The position numbers and the translations under genes were made by a program. A stretch of 64,000 bases of DNA from Nannocystales bacterium (GTDB lineage Bacteria > Myxococcota_A > Polyangia > Nannocystales > Nannocystaceae): NCBI GenBank assembly GCA_050633305.1, contig JBOEGF010000019.1:1-64000 (forward strand), in the 5' to 3' direction. The notes beneath the pieces were generated by a model. It had not been told where the DNA came from, ran no database searches, and was given only the letters and a program-made list of their open reading frames with translations. Within the stretch, counting starts at the first letter, position 1, and each line of letters begins with the position of its first letter. Of this stretch, positions 8,301 to 17,479 are shown in pieces.

Positions 8301-10971
8301 CACGCTCAAGACCGTGTTCGGATGTTTCCCCGAGGAGGCCTTCGAAGACCAGGCCGGGCTTCCAATCTCGGACGCGGACCGGGCCTTGGTCGAGCAACCC
8401 AACACCGAGGTGATCGATCTCGATGCGCGTCCGGCCAGCCTGTACCGCGAAGGGGCCACCCTCCCGGGCAGCAAGCTCGACATGCTCAACCGCATCACCG
8501 GCGTTTGGCCGCAAGGCGGAGAGGCGGGCCTGGGCGCAATGCGGGCGGAGAAGGACGTGCGCGCGTCCGATTGGTACTTCAAGGCGCACTTCTTCCAGGA
8601 CCCCGTGCAGCCGGGCTCCCTGGGCATCGAAGCGATGATCCAGCTCCTGCAGGCGTACATGCTCGTCGAGGGGATGGATGCGGGCGTGCCCACACCCAGA
8701 TTCGAGCCGCTCGCAGTGGGCCACGAGATGACGTGGCGCTATCGCGGGCAGGTGACGCCTCGCAACGAGCTGGTGCACTGCACACTCGAAATCACGGAGA
8801 AAGGCCGGGACGAGGCGGGTCCGTTCGCGATTGCGACCGCATCGTTGTGGGTCGATGGACTCCGTATCTACTCGGCAGAGGGGCTGGGGATGCGCATCGT
8901 GTCGGGTTCGCCTCCACCGCCTCGGATCGCGGACGAAGGCGATGACACCGTCACGTTCGAACCCGCCCGCGACCGCTGGCTGGCGGACCACTGCCCGACG
9001 TGGAACGAGCCGGCCTTGCCGATGATGTCCCTGGTCGACATCATCGCATCGGCTGTTCCTGGCCCCATCGCATCGGTGCGGGATGTCGCGGTGCATGGCT
9101 TCATCGATGTCGGCCGAGCGCGGACGCTGCGGACCGAACGCAACGGTGACGAAGATCGCGTGCAAGTTCAGGTGTTGGACGAGTCCGCAGAGGTCGTCGC
9201 GAGCGGCACAGTGATCCGCGGCGAGGGGGCCGAGCCTCCCCCTGCGTGGCCGCGCCTCGTGGGTGCATCCATGGACGACCCGTACGCGTCCGGAAGTCTT
9301 TTCCATGGCCCCGCGTTCCAGCTGTGGCGCGAGGGAGTCCGTACTTCCCAGGGCGCCTCGACAACGCTCGATGTGGGCGCCGGGGCGGTACCCGTGGGGC
9401 GGCTTCACCCGTCCCTGCTCGATGCCGCCTTGCATGCCATTCCGCATGACCGGCTCTCGATGTGGTCCGAAGCGACGGCCGACGACGTCGTGGCCTACCC
9501 CGCGCGGGTTCCGACGTTGACGTTCCACGGACCGACACCCATCCGCGGGTCCGTGCGCTGCGAGGTTCGCTTCGGGGGCCTACTGGCGCCGGGGCTGCCG
9601 GCATTCGACCTGCAGATCATCGTAGCGGATGGAGCATCCGAGCGCGTCTGGGCTCATGGGCGCATCCTCGAGGCCTGTTTTCCGAAGGGACGTCTCGGGG
9701 GGGCGTCTCCGGACGTCCGCCGCGCCTTCCTTCGGGACGAGGCTTTTGTTCCCGGACTCCGTCTCTCCCGGGTCGATGGGGACACGACGCGCCTGACCCA
9801 GGCCGAGGTGGATGCGTGCGACTGGATGCCGGGAACCGTTCTTGGAATCTACGGTCGCGACAAGGCGGCGGACATCGCCGTGCTCGAACACACCGCGCAC
9901 GCGCACGGGTTGCACCCGGGCCGCCTTCCGGCTTCGCTCCCACTCAACCCGCCTTCCGTCGATCTGTCTTGGGAAGGCGAGGAAGTGGTGGTTCGCGACG
10001 CTCAAACACCTGCTCGGCTCGACCCGGTTCCGGTGCGTCCGTTCTGGGCTCGGCAGGCAGGCCATGATGACGGCTGGGTCGGGCGTGACTTGTGGGAAGG
10101 GCTGCTACAGCAGTTTGTCCAACGCGTTGTCATCACCGACCCCGACGACTTCGCCCAGGTGCGGACCCGGCCCGCGCTGTTCTTGGCCAACCACCAGGTT
10201 CAGATCGAGTCGCTGCTGATCACGCACCTGCTCGCGGGACTCACCGATCGCGCGGTCACTACGATGGCCAATGCCAAGCACCAGAAGCGATGGATCGGTT
10301 GGATTCTGCGACTGCTGTTCGGTGGCGCGGAGCATCGCGATCCCGATTGGATTCTCTACTTCGACCAGTCGCAGCCGCAGTCGATGGCGGGTCTCCTCGG
10401 TGGGCTCGAGCCGGGACTGCGTGATGGCAGCACATCGTTCTTCCTCCATCCGCAGGGGACCCGCTCGCAGCACGCGGCGGAGTCGCTCACGACGGTCAGC
10501 TCCACGATCCTCGACCTTGCGGTGCGACTGCAGCTGCCGATCGTCCCAGTGCGGTTCAGTCGAGGGCTACCGACCGAGCCGATCGAGGGGAAGCTCGAGT
10601 TCCCGGTAGGGTACGGAGCGCAGGACTACTGGGTCGGTCCGTCGATTCAACCCGAAGAACTCGCGTCGCTTCCCTACGCCCAGCGGTCGCGCTCGGTCGT
10701 TGCGGCGATCGAAGCGTTGGGGCCCCCGCCCGAGGATGACGTTCCGGCGCCCGCAGACCTCGGGTTTGCGGGGCGGGTCGAAGCGCGACGGGCGGGACGT
10801 GCCCTCGGCGAGGTGGAATCGGTCTTCGTCGAGATCCTCCGCGGGTTGGAGTCTCCCAGCGCGCAGAGCCGCGCGGTGCTGCAAGCCGTTCTCGAGGGGC
10901 GACCACTGGGCGGCGAGGACGACACACCGGCCCTTTGCGAGTTGGTGGCGGGCCTTCGCGGCGAGGGCTGA
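2389..10971 (+). CDS. pfa3: PUFA synthase Pfa3-type subunit (KS-CLF-AT-FabA-like DH pairs-PKS DH-acyltransferase), about 2860 aa
   Basis: KS ALDAACASS/ECHATGT/NVGHLI; Cys-less CLF region (EELSG); AT GYSSGE; FabA-like FDGHFKNDPCMPG and FKAHFFQDPVQPG; PKS-DH LADHCPTWNEPALP; C-terminal PlsC-like LANHQVQIE...HPQGTRS. Start set at ATG 2389 (MARFAPIAIVG). Confidence 0.9.
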   Translation: MARFAPIAIVGRACLLPGAHSPEALWSNVRSGTDSVGEAPAGRWGVDVGRIRCTADDPQPDQVWTDRGGYVRDLSFDPQGFEVPASTLQGLDPVFLWALHTGRAALRDAGLERAPERTGAIFGNLGFPTRGMSAFAEAVWGASTDTVDPRNRFGAGLPALLLARALGLDSPSLALDAACASSLYAIKYACDRLHDGEADVMLAGAVNCADDLFIHVGFGALRALSKSGRSRPFHADADGLLPAEGAGFVVLKRLADARRDGDAIAGVIRGVGLSNDGRGRGFLVPSALGQAEALRMAYDVAGLTPADVDYVECHATGTQLGDATELESLRAVFGEAGQDLPLGSLKANVGHLITAAGVAGLIKVCEAMKAGELPPTPHLDRPTDALSSTGFRVPSEPEPWPGEGTRRAAVSAFGFGGNNAHLIVEAHDPSLPDDAADLPASPVVIVAAAVRAAGVSKPADVLDAIANPAVKRRAAASLSLDPLALGIPPNDLRQTLPQQLAMLQVAAEVADAVPTDAGSRVGAFVGMGVDPSVARYGARWRHGEGFIDALTAAGVIGTMPNIPTNRINRHLDLHGGSCSVFAEELSGTTALQLAARAVSRGELDAAVVGAVDLGDEPVHSAALERSTEASGKNAGDAAVALVLRREADARAQGQTILAVLDAPASEASLWGPQEEHDATPALGHCHAATGLLHVAAAAWATHRRLDGRGVPTVTPRSSTVRVPGMEGTLAEVGILPADVAAEGVRSRPLLAGYAAASNEGLIEALLADRRSRIEDLGAAAHRLVIVAASAEDFEVRRGRAEAHLRQGAPPGPGVHAREGLVSGDLAFVYTSAGSAYAGAGLDLLRDLPQLGETLAERFEALPAALSWVEGPADAEQRLWSASAVSQLHTELSRRVLGLEPQAAIGYSSGESNSLFALGAWSDVDAMRQQARDSALFTRNLAGEFQTVTDQWGPDARWQMWSVLAPRAEVEARISAEPRIEMAIVHSETDVVIGGDAAALAPVLDAIGRGRCQALDYNMCVHVPQLEPVADAYLQLHRRPVHPVPGVRFYSGGRPDAYVPNTEACAYAILSQARNCLDVPAMIEQAWADGVRVFVEHGPGGSCSRWILDILGPQRRAEAAVVSLDRKRQGAWGAVEAGAALLAAGVPVHLERLLDALSAPLRTDPLAGPLSIPLHFAAVQPPAPAENQSDLHVMKPAPTLPPVLGSNYSPAVHAPLPDTGGVSEPEPAARAVVTAPSPKPRPATVSAASPTPVPSAAPFAAPAASGHPGARMLAELSGLHTRFLQQQAAVHTAFLESRARMLDRATVGQPQSLAVPPSPSVTPAVTPAVTPVSTTPPPTAPGVREPVVPAAVAKSAPKPAVVSGLVTSKPASLGESRVSAAPPPTGPTLNRAQLEIDASGRISEIFGPLFEQQDGYARQVRMPEPPLLLADRVTGLDAEPGVLGKGTIWTETDVCHDSWYLNRGRMPGGIFIESGQADLMLISWMGADFQNKGERVYRLLGCTLTFGGDLPKPGETLKYDIHVDGHAKHDAVRLFFFHYDCRVDGDIRLSVRDGQAGFFTDEELADSDGILWTPQGAEIVAQPRLEAPDQLTTRTSFTQAQIEAFADGRPWECFGEGFEHSQTHSHTPTIQGGRMLFLEEVTEFDASGGPWGRGYMRARTPVKPDDWYFDGHFKNDPCMPGTLMFEGCFQALSLYLSALGYTLRRDSWRFQPVPGEPIEMRCRGQVTPTSKELTYEVFVEEIVAGPVPTIYADLLCTVDGRKAFHAKRVGLQLVPDWPLETWTHLLEGHVEPKPVATVTTEEGEFAFDYKSLLACAWGRPSEAFGPMYRPFDSHRSAPRLPSPPYHFMSRILELKGDIGVAKAGAEVVVEYDVPADAWYLHDNGVATMPFAVLLEAALQPCGWLASYVGSVLEYDKDLLFRNLDGTGTQLREVFADAGTLRTEVKLTALSKAGGMVITSFDVVMLQGSERVYTLKTVFGCFPEEAFEDQAGLPISDADRALVEQPNTEVIDLDARPASLYREGATLPGSKLDMLNRITGVWPQGGEAGLGAMRAEKDVRASDWYFKAHFFQDPVQPGSLGIEAMIQLLQAYMLVEGMDAGVPTPRFEPLAVGHEMTWRYRGQVTPRNELVHCTLEITEKGRDEAGPFAIATASLWVDGLRIYSAEGLGMRIVSGSPPPPRIADEGDDTVTFEPARDRWLADHCPTWNEPALPMMSLVDIIASAVPGPIASVRDVAVHGFIDVGRARTLRTERNGDEDRVQVQVLDESAEVVASGTVIRGEGAEPPPAWPRLVGASMDDPYASGSLFHGPAFQLWREGVRTSQGASTTLDVGAGAVPVGRLHPSLLDAALHAIPHDRLSMWSEATADDVVAYPARVPTLTFHGPTPIRGSVRCEVRFGGLLAPGLPAFDLQIIVADGASERVWAHGRILEACFPKGRLGGASPDVRRAFLRDEAFVPGLRLSRVDGDTTRLTQAEVDACDWMPGTVLGIYGRDKAADIAVLEHTAHAHGLHPGRLPASLPLNPPSVDLSWEGEEVVVRDAQTPARLDPVPVRPFWARQAGHDDGWVGRDLWEGLLQQFVQRVVITDPDDFAQVRTRPALFLANHQVQIESLLITHLLAGLTDRAVTTMANAKHQKRWIGWILRLLFGGAEHRDPDWILYFDQSQPQSMAGLLGGLEPGLRDGSTSFFLHPQGTRSQHAAESLTTVSSTILDLAVRLQLPIVPVRFSRGLPTEPIEGKLEFPVGYGAQDYWVGPSIQPEELASLPYAQRSRSVVAAIEALGPPPEDDVPAPADLGFAGRVEARRAGRALGEVESVFVEILRGLESPSAQSRAVLQAVLEGRPLGGEDDTPALCELVAGLRGEG

Positions 10972-10973
10972 TC

Positions 10974-11663
10974 TCAGCCGCAGATCGAGATCCCGGTCAG
11001 GGCATAACACGTCATGCCGGCCGGGCACGTGGCGCCACCGCTGCAGTCCAAGACGCATGCCGAGTCGGCGGCTCCGTCGACCGTCACGCCCATGCACGCG
11101 GCGGGAGCGGTGCCGCCTGGGGAGGGGTCGCAGTCCACTGCGGGGTTGTTGCAGGTGGTCTCGGAGCAGAACCCGTCCAGCACGACGCCGTCCGCGTCCG
11201 AAAGCGTGATGCAGAGCTCCGGTGCGAAACCGCAATCCCTGGGGACGGTGCAGGCCGCGTACATGCCGTCGTCGGGTTGCATGCCGCCACCCATCCCGCC
11301 TTCTTCTTCTCCTGCGGCACCCGTGCTCGACGAGGACGATTCCTCGGCAGCACCCGTGCTGCTGACCTCGCTGGTCGAGCCGGGGGTCGTTGAGGTCGTG
11401 CCCGGCTCGACACCGGTTGTGGGGGAGTCCGTGTCTTCGCCTCCGCTCGCGCTGGGGTCGGTCGTATTGGCGCTCACCCCCTCCGCCGAACCATCGGCGC
11501 CGGAGGTCGTCTCCGCATCGGAGCCGGTGCTTCCGGACGCGGTCGCGGCTGCGGTAGCCGTCGCTGTTTGTCCCTGCGTCCCGGCACCGAACAACGAGTT
11601 CTGCGGCTCGGCTCCGCACGCGACACACAGCCCCAGTCCGACAAGCAACGTCACTCGCACCAC
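10974..11663 (-). CDS. Cys-rich lipoprotein with Ser/Thr/Gly linker, function unknown
   Basis: Lipobox-like LCVAC, low-complexity S/T/G/E linker, C-terminal Cys-rich domain. Confidence 0.75.
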   Translation of the reverse strand: MVRVTLLVGLGLCVACGAEPQNSLFGAGTQGQTATATAAATASGSTGSDAETTSGADGSAEGVSANTTDPSASGGEDTDSPTTGVEPGTTSTTPGSTSEVSSTGAAEESSSSSTGAAGEEEGGMGGGMQPDDGMYAACTVPRDCGFAPELCITLSDADGVVLDGFCSETTCNNPAVDCDPSPGGTAPAACMGVTVDGAADSACVLDCSGGATCPAGMTCYALTGISICG

Positions 11664-11717
11664 GTGAGCATACCAGCGTGACGAGAGACGACCGGGCCCA
11701 GCGTGGGCCTGGGGCGG

Positions 11718-12434
11718 CTAGGCGTCTTCGCGAAGCAGCGTCAGGATCTCTTCATCCAGCTGCGCTTGGTGCTCGCTGGCGAACTTGCCGACGATGATGT
11801 CGCGACGTTCGGTGACCGGTGTGGTCCCGGCCTTCACGCCCGTGCCACCAATGCCACCGATCGCGCGACGGCGGATCCGGCTGGGTCCGCGGCTCGTTCG
11901 CTTCTGCCCGTGACCGGCGGCGCTGGCTGCGACCTGCGTGCGTGCTTCTTGGGACGCGTAGACCGGATGCGAAAGACTTGGGTCCACGGTTGGCCCGGCC
12001 TTTCCTGCCGCAAGCGGTGGTCCTTGAGGCTCGACTTCGCGCGGCTCGGGTACCGGTCGTCGCTGCGGGCGGGCTTCGCCTTCGGGAGTGGCGGCCGGGG
12101 CTTCGGGAGCCTCGATCTGGTCGTCGTCGGGGTGGGGCCCGATGACCGCAAAAATCTTCTCGTCGAAGTCGGCCTTACGAAGCCGCTTGATCATCGACTT
12201 GTGCGACTCCTGCATCAGGCCGATGACCGTCTGGTCGATCTTCGTCCCTTCATCCAGAGCATCGATCGCCGAGCGGTACTCGACCTTGTTGCTCGAAATG
12301 ATCGTGCCGTCGTAGAAGATGTGCGTGAAGATGTGCGCCTTGACGACGCCGGAATCCTCGGTCTGCACGTGATACAGCCGTCCCCGGTGGGGGATGTTGT
12401 GGTTGTACCCGAGCTGCGGGGACTGCGCTGCCAT
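11718..12434 (-). CDS. Hypothetical protein with globular N-terminal domain (GYNHNxxHxGxxYHVQTEDSG) and Pro/Ala-rich tail
   Basis: Protein-like composition; ATG at 12434 (MAAQSPQLG); ends in a helix (LDEEILTLL). Confidence 0.7.
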   Translation of the reverse strand: MAAQSPQLGYNHNIPHRGRLYHVQTEDSGVVKAHIFTHIFYDGTIISSNKVEYRSAIDALDEGTKIDQTVIGLMQESHKSMIKRLRKADFDEKIFAVIGPHPDDDQIEAPEAPAATPEGEARPQRRPVPEPREVEPQGPPLAAGKAGPTVDPSLSHPVYASQEARTQVAASAAGHGQKRTSRGPSRIRRRAIGGIGGTGVKAGTTPVTERRDIIVGKFASEHQAQLDEEILTLLREDA

Positions 12435-12514
12435 GAAGGCCGAAAGCGTACCACGGGCCACGATCGTGTGGCGCATCAGTTCTGTGCTACACGGCCGCCT
12501 CGGAGCCTCAGACG

Positions 12515-13474
<960 letters not shown>

Positions 13475-13579
13475 GCACTTTGGTTGGGGGTGTCCCTAGC
13501 CGTCATTCCCGTTGGACTCGTCGCCACGGGCCTGCGAGGGTCCTCGACGATGCCAAGGAATAGGCTGTGTTCTCGGACG

Positions 13580-14101
13580 ATGGCGCTTACCGCCATCGCT
13601 TTCGTGTTTCCGGTGGTGCTCCCCACTGCCGCAGTCGCAGGGGGGGCGGACCCTGGATCACAGCGGCGGGCGCCGATCATCCACACTGTGGAGAAGAACC
13701 CGGACGACGAGCGAGGAGTGCTCAAACTCGCGCGGTATGACAGCTCGTCGAGCGCCAGATCAGGCGACACTGTTATCGTTTCGGTCAAGTTCGAAGAGCT
13801 CTGCAACATGCCGTGCGGGGTTCCCGTCGATGTGTCCGAGCGTCCGATTCTGTTCTTCGTCCGAGATGGGTCGCCGGTCTCCCATGGCTTCCGAATTCCC
13901 CGGGGCGCCGACGAGTTCACGATCACGGTCAAACCCTCTCGCACCGGAATGCGGATGGCCGGGGTGTTGCTGACGGCGATGATCGTCACATTCCCGATTG
14001 GCATCCCCTTGTGGGCGGTTGCAGCGCCCCGAGCCTGGATCGCAGAGGGAGCGCCAGACGACAACAACGAGTCCGTTCGTCTGAAGAAAGCACGGCGGTA
14101 G
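13580..14101 (+). CDS. Hypothetical exported/membrane protein
   Basis: Signal-like N-terminus, CxxPC motif, C-terminal hydrophobic segment. Start uncertain (13550 or 13580). Confidence 0.6.
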   Translation: MALTAIAFVFPVVLPTAAVAGGADPGSQRRAPIIHTVEKNPDDERGVLKLARYDSSSSARSGDTVIVSVKFEELCNMPCGVPVDVSERPILFFVRDGSPVSHGFRIPRGADEFTITVKPSRTGMRMAGVLLTAMIVTFPIGIPLWAVAAPRAWIAEGAPDDNNESVRLKKARR

Positions 14102-14173
14102 CGTCGTGTTCAACGAAGCTTGCAGCCGGGCGCGGCGCGACGGCCCCGGAACGGTCGGCCGGGGTCCGCTGTC

Positions 14174-15235
14174 ATGATCGCTAGTCTCGCCCTTGGACTT
14201 CATCTCGGAGTCGTCCCGCCACAAACGTTGGCGACTTGGCCCGAGCCAATTCGTGTGGCTCGATGCGAGCAAGGTGCCCTCAGTTTGCCTGGTGAGACGG
14301 AGCGTGCGCTCGACGCGACGCTGCTCGTTCGTTCGGAACGAGGGACTGGAAGCGCGGTGTTGATCTCCGCGGATGGGTTTGTGTTGACTGCCGCCCACGT
14401 CGTGGGCGACGCCGATACCGTCGATGTTGTGGCGCACGACGGAGCCGGGTTGCGAGCCCGAGTGGTGCGGGTCAGCGAGCGCCAAGACGTCGCGCTCCTC
14501 CGGGTCGATGGGTCGGAGCCGTTCGCGTGCTTGCCTTCCGTGCCCGACGACGTACCCCTTGGGTCCGACACCTTTATTCTTGGCAGCCCCGCGGGGGAGG
14601 AGCTGTCATTTTCCGTGTCCAAGGGGATCGTGAGTGCCTATCGGGACTTCGACGGCACCGAGTTCGTTCAGCTGGACGCGAGCGTCAATCCCGGAAACTC
14701 TGGTGGCCCTGCGGTCGATGCTTCGGGCCACGTCATCGGGATCGCGAGCTGGAAAGTTTCTCACGTCTCCATGGAGGGGCTGGCGTTCGCTGTCCCCATC
14801 GATATCGCCCGTCGCGCCCTCGGGGTTGAGGTCGCGACGTCCTCGTCGGAGAACTGGGAGTCGTTGCGCGGACGCATCTTGGTCGAAGGACCACAGGCTC
14901 CGTCGGCTGTGCCGCCGCGCGACGCCAACTCGAGGTTCAACCCGAAAGCTATCCGTCGCAAGCGCGCGAAACGTGCGTTGATCGTTCTGGGGGCAACGTC
15001 GTTGGGCCTCGGACTCATCCCACTCGTGACCTCGGCTGTGCTCGCTCGTGAAGAGCACATCGACGTTGGACGGTGGAAGGCGCTGCGGGTGACGAACACG
15101 ATTGGGTGGACGACGTCACTCGTCGGCGGCGGCCTCCTCGTCGTAGGGATTGCCGTGCCCAACGTGAGAACCGCCAAGGCAGAGGTCGGGTTCGTGCCCC
15201 GTGCCAACGGAGCTTCGCTCGTCGGGAGATTCTAG
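14174..15235 (+). CDS. Trypsin-like (S1C/HtrA-type) serine protease without PDZ, with C-terminal hydrophobic segments
   Basis: GSAVLIS, LTAAHVV, DVALL, VNPGNSGGP catalytic triad motifs. Confidence 0.85.
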   Translation: MIASLALGLHLGVVPPQTLATWPEPIRVARCEQGALSLPGETERALDATLLVRSERGTGSAVLISADGFVLTAAHVVGDADTVDVVAHDGAGLRARVVRVSERQDVALLRVDGSEPFACLPSVPDDVPLGSDTFILGSPAGEELSFSVSKGIVSAYRDFDGTEFVQLDASVNPGNSGGPAVDASGHVIGIASWKVSHVSMEGLAFAVPIDIARRALGVEVATSSSENWESLRGRILVEGPQAPSAVPPRDANSRFNPKAIRRKRAKRALIVLGATSLGLGLIPLVTSAVLAREEHIDVGRWKALRVTNTIGWTTSLVGGGLLVVGIAVPNVRTAKAEVGFVPRANGASLVGRF

Positions 15236-15236
15236 A

Positions 15237-15770
15237 ATGAAGCCAATCGCCTCGGTTTCGATCGCCTCTTTCGCTCTGATGTGCGGCTGCTTGTTGCTGG
15301 AAGAACGTCCCCGCACCGACGAATGTGTGCAGGAATCGCAGTTCCTGGGGGGCTCCATGGACGACGAAGGCGAGGAACTCGTTCTCCCCGCGGAACCCAC
15401 GTCGTTCGCGTGTCTCGGGGAGTTGAGCGAACGCGTCGAGCTGCCCGGATATGTGATCGAGCTGCACTCCCAGAACTTCGACACAGAGATGGTGCGCGCA
15501 GTCGACGACCGAGGGGAGCGGCTCCCGGTCGCCCTCGTGTCTCCCTCTTGCGACGAGCTCCCCGACTGCTCGGATTGGACGGACATTGGGGCGCCGCTTC
15601 CGATTGGTGCGGACGACCGCAGTTACTTGGTTGTTCGTCCCGCGCCCAGCTCGACGAGTCTTCGCCTCGAGTTGTTCGACGGCGCGGACCTCTGCCCAAG
15701 CACGTTCGATGGTGTCTGCGACGAGCCCGGGGCCTGCCCTCGGGGCACGGATTCGTTTGACTGCGGGTAG
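15237..15770 (+). CDS. Putative lipoprotein, function unknown
   Basis: MKPIASVSIASFALMCGC signal/lipobox; C-terminal Cys motif CPSTFDGVCDEPGACPRGTDSFDC. Confidence 0.65.
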   Translation: MKPIASVSIASFALMCGCLLLEERPRTDECVQESQFLGGSMDDEGEELVLPAEPTSFACLGELSERVELPGYVIELHSQNFDTEMVRAVDDRGERLPVALVSPSCDELPDCSDWTDIGAPLPIGADDRSYLVVRPAPSSTSLRLELFDGADLCPSTFDGVCDEPGACPRGTDSFDCG

Positions 15771-15816
15771 CCGCGTCGTTCCATGGGCAGCGAAGGGCTG
15801 GTAGCATCCGTAGGTC

Positions 15817-16824
15817 GTGCTCGCTCTCGTGCTGGCGCTCGTGTCGAGCTCACCAGCTTCGCCTGTGGTTCCCGAGCCGCCGCTGTGGCGTGCCCCTGCG
15901 GGTTGCCCATCGCAGGCCGAGGTGGAAGCGTTGTTGGCTGAGGAGGCGGAAGACAGTTCCGAGGCCAGCGGTGCTGCCGTGGTGACCGCGGTCGCCAGTA
16001 GGACGGAGCGAGAGCGATGGAGGGTGCAGATCGTCGTGCGGACCGCCGGCGCCGAGGTTCGTCGAGAGCTGGAACTCGACAGCTGTGAGGCCGCAGCGGA
16101 AGCGGTCGCACTGGTGTACGGCCTCGCGTTGGCTGATGCGCCGACCCCCACTTCGGCGCCATCCGAAGCGGAGTCGCCGGTCCCGGGCTCTCCGGCCGCC
16201 GGACGGCCAGAGATTCGCTCGCCCTCGGATCCTCCGACACACGCGCGGCGCGAGACCCCACCTGCGCGGTCCATCCCCGAGGCGTCCAAGGCCGCGCCAC
16301 CCGCTTCGCACAGACCGAAGCCCGTGGGTGTGTTGCACGGGGGGGCCGGGGCGGGCCTCGGGAGCTTGGGTCGAGCGAGTGCTCACGTCCTCCTCGGCAC
16401 GGCATTGGTCTGGCCGCGGCTGCGTTGGGGTGTTCGACTCGACCACGCCTTCTCACGGCGGTTTCGTATCGACCCGGGAGATCTCGGAGGCAACCTCTCG
16501 GCTCTCACGGCGGGGATGGAGGTCAGTGTTCCTGTGGAACTCGGACCGGTTCAGCTCCTGCCCACCGCGGGCGTCCGCGCTGGGGGAATCCGAGCGCGCG
16601 GTGTCGGGGGCGCCCGGTCCCACACTCGGTGGGTGCCGTGGGTCCTAGGAGCCGCCGGCGTCTCTGTGGTTTGGCCGACCTCGACCCGGTGGGGACTCCG
16701 GGCGGGTGCGGAGGTGGAGGTGCCGATGGTTCAGCACACGTTCGTCTTCGACACACGGTTCGTCACCGCGTCACGGAGGGTTGGCGGGCTGTTGTGGGTC
16801 GGTCCGGAGCTCCGCTTTCGCTGA
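15817..16824 (+). CDS. Exported protein with C-terminal beta-barrel-like region, first gene of an ECF cassette
   Basis: Signal peptide, CP..C N-domain, Pro-rich linker, amphipathic Gly/aromatic strands ending LRFR. Confidence 0.65.
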   Translation: MLALVLALVSSSPASPVVPEPPLWRAPAGCPSQAEVEALLAEEAEDSSEASGAAVVTAVASRTERERWRVQIVVRTAGAEVRRELELDSCEAAAEAVALVYGLALADAPTPTSAPSEAESPVPGSPAAGRPEIRSPSDPPTHARRETPPARSIPEASKAAPPASHRPKPVGVLHGGAGAGLGSLGRASAHVLLGTALVWPRLRWGVRLDHAFSRRFRIDPGDLGGNLSALTAGMEVSVPVELGPVQLLPTAGVRAGGIRARGVGGARSHTRWVPWVLGAAGVSVVWPTSTRWGLRAGAEVEVPMVQHTFVFDTRFVTASRRVGGLLWVGPELRFR

Positions 16825-16867
16825 CGAACCTGTGTCAGGACACTCGCGAGCCCGGCCGGGAAAAAAA

Positions 16868-16884
16868 TATCACCGGGAGTGATA
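16868..16884. promoter_or_regulatory. Palindromic operator-like site TATCAC-N5-GTGATA upstream of the ECF sigma gene
   Basis: AT-rich perfect 6-bp inverted repeat in a 100-bp intergenic region, preceded by an A7 run. Confidence 0.4.
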
Positions 16885-16924
16885 ATTCGGTCGGTGCGGC
16901 GGAAACTCTCCACCGCAGCAATCC

Positions 16925-17479
16925 TTGGCTTCCCCGCACTCACCGTCCGGCTCTAGTTCAACGGCCGAGCCCACCACGTTCGATGCGATCTTCCGAGCCC
17001 ATATCGACTACGTGTGGCGTGCCGCGCGGTCCCTGGCGGGCGCAGCCCATGCCGACGACATTACCCAAGAGGTATTCTTGGTCGTTCGTCGGCGTCTGCA
17101 CGGGTTCCGGGGTCGATCCATGAAGGGGTGGCTGTACGGCATTACCCGAAACGTGGCGCACAACACCATGCGGGCTCAAGGTCGCCGGGCTCGTCGTCAC
17201 CGAGCCGCGATCGAGACGGTCCAATACGAGGACACCACGCGTTGGCCCGAAGTAAGCGAAGCCGCCGACTTGATGGATCGTTTCTTGGCCCAGCTTCCCA
17301 CCGGGCAGCGCGAGGCCTTCGTCCTCAAGGAAATCGAGGAGCTGACCGCGGCGGAGATTGCTGAGGCGACCGGGGTTCCATTGCAGACCGTGTACTCCCG
17401 CGTGCAAGCGGCCCGGCGAGCGCTGGCGCGGTTTCGAGAACAGCTCGAAGGCTCTGCGCGCGAACGAGGTGTTCGATGA
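16925..17479 (+). CDS. ECF-type RNA polymerase sigma factor
   Basis: Region 2 ADDITQEVFL...KGWLYGITRN; region 4 LPTGQREAFVLKEIEELTAAEIAEATGVPLQTVYSRV. TTG start is tentative. Confidence 0.9.
   Translation: MASPHSPSGSSSTAEPTTFDAIFRAHIDYVWRAARSLAGAAHADDITQEVFLVVRRRLHGFRGRSMKGWLYGITRNVAHNTMRAQGRRARRHRAAIETVQYEDTTRWPEVSEAADLMDRFLAQLPTGQREAFVLKEIEELTAAEIAEATGVPLQTVYSRVQAARRALARFREQLEGSARERGVR

Noticed and set aside
5866..9528. 1220-aa ORF on the minus strand
   Set aside because: Antisense shadow of pfa3; Arg/His-rich with no motifs, as expected from high-GC codon bias.
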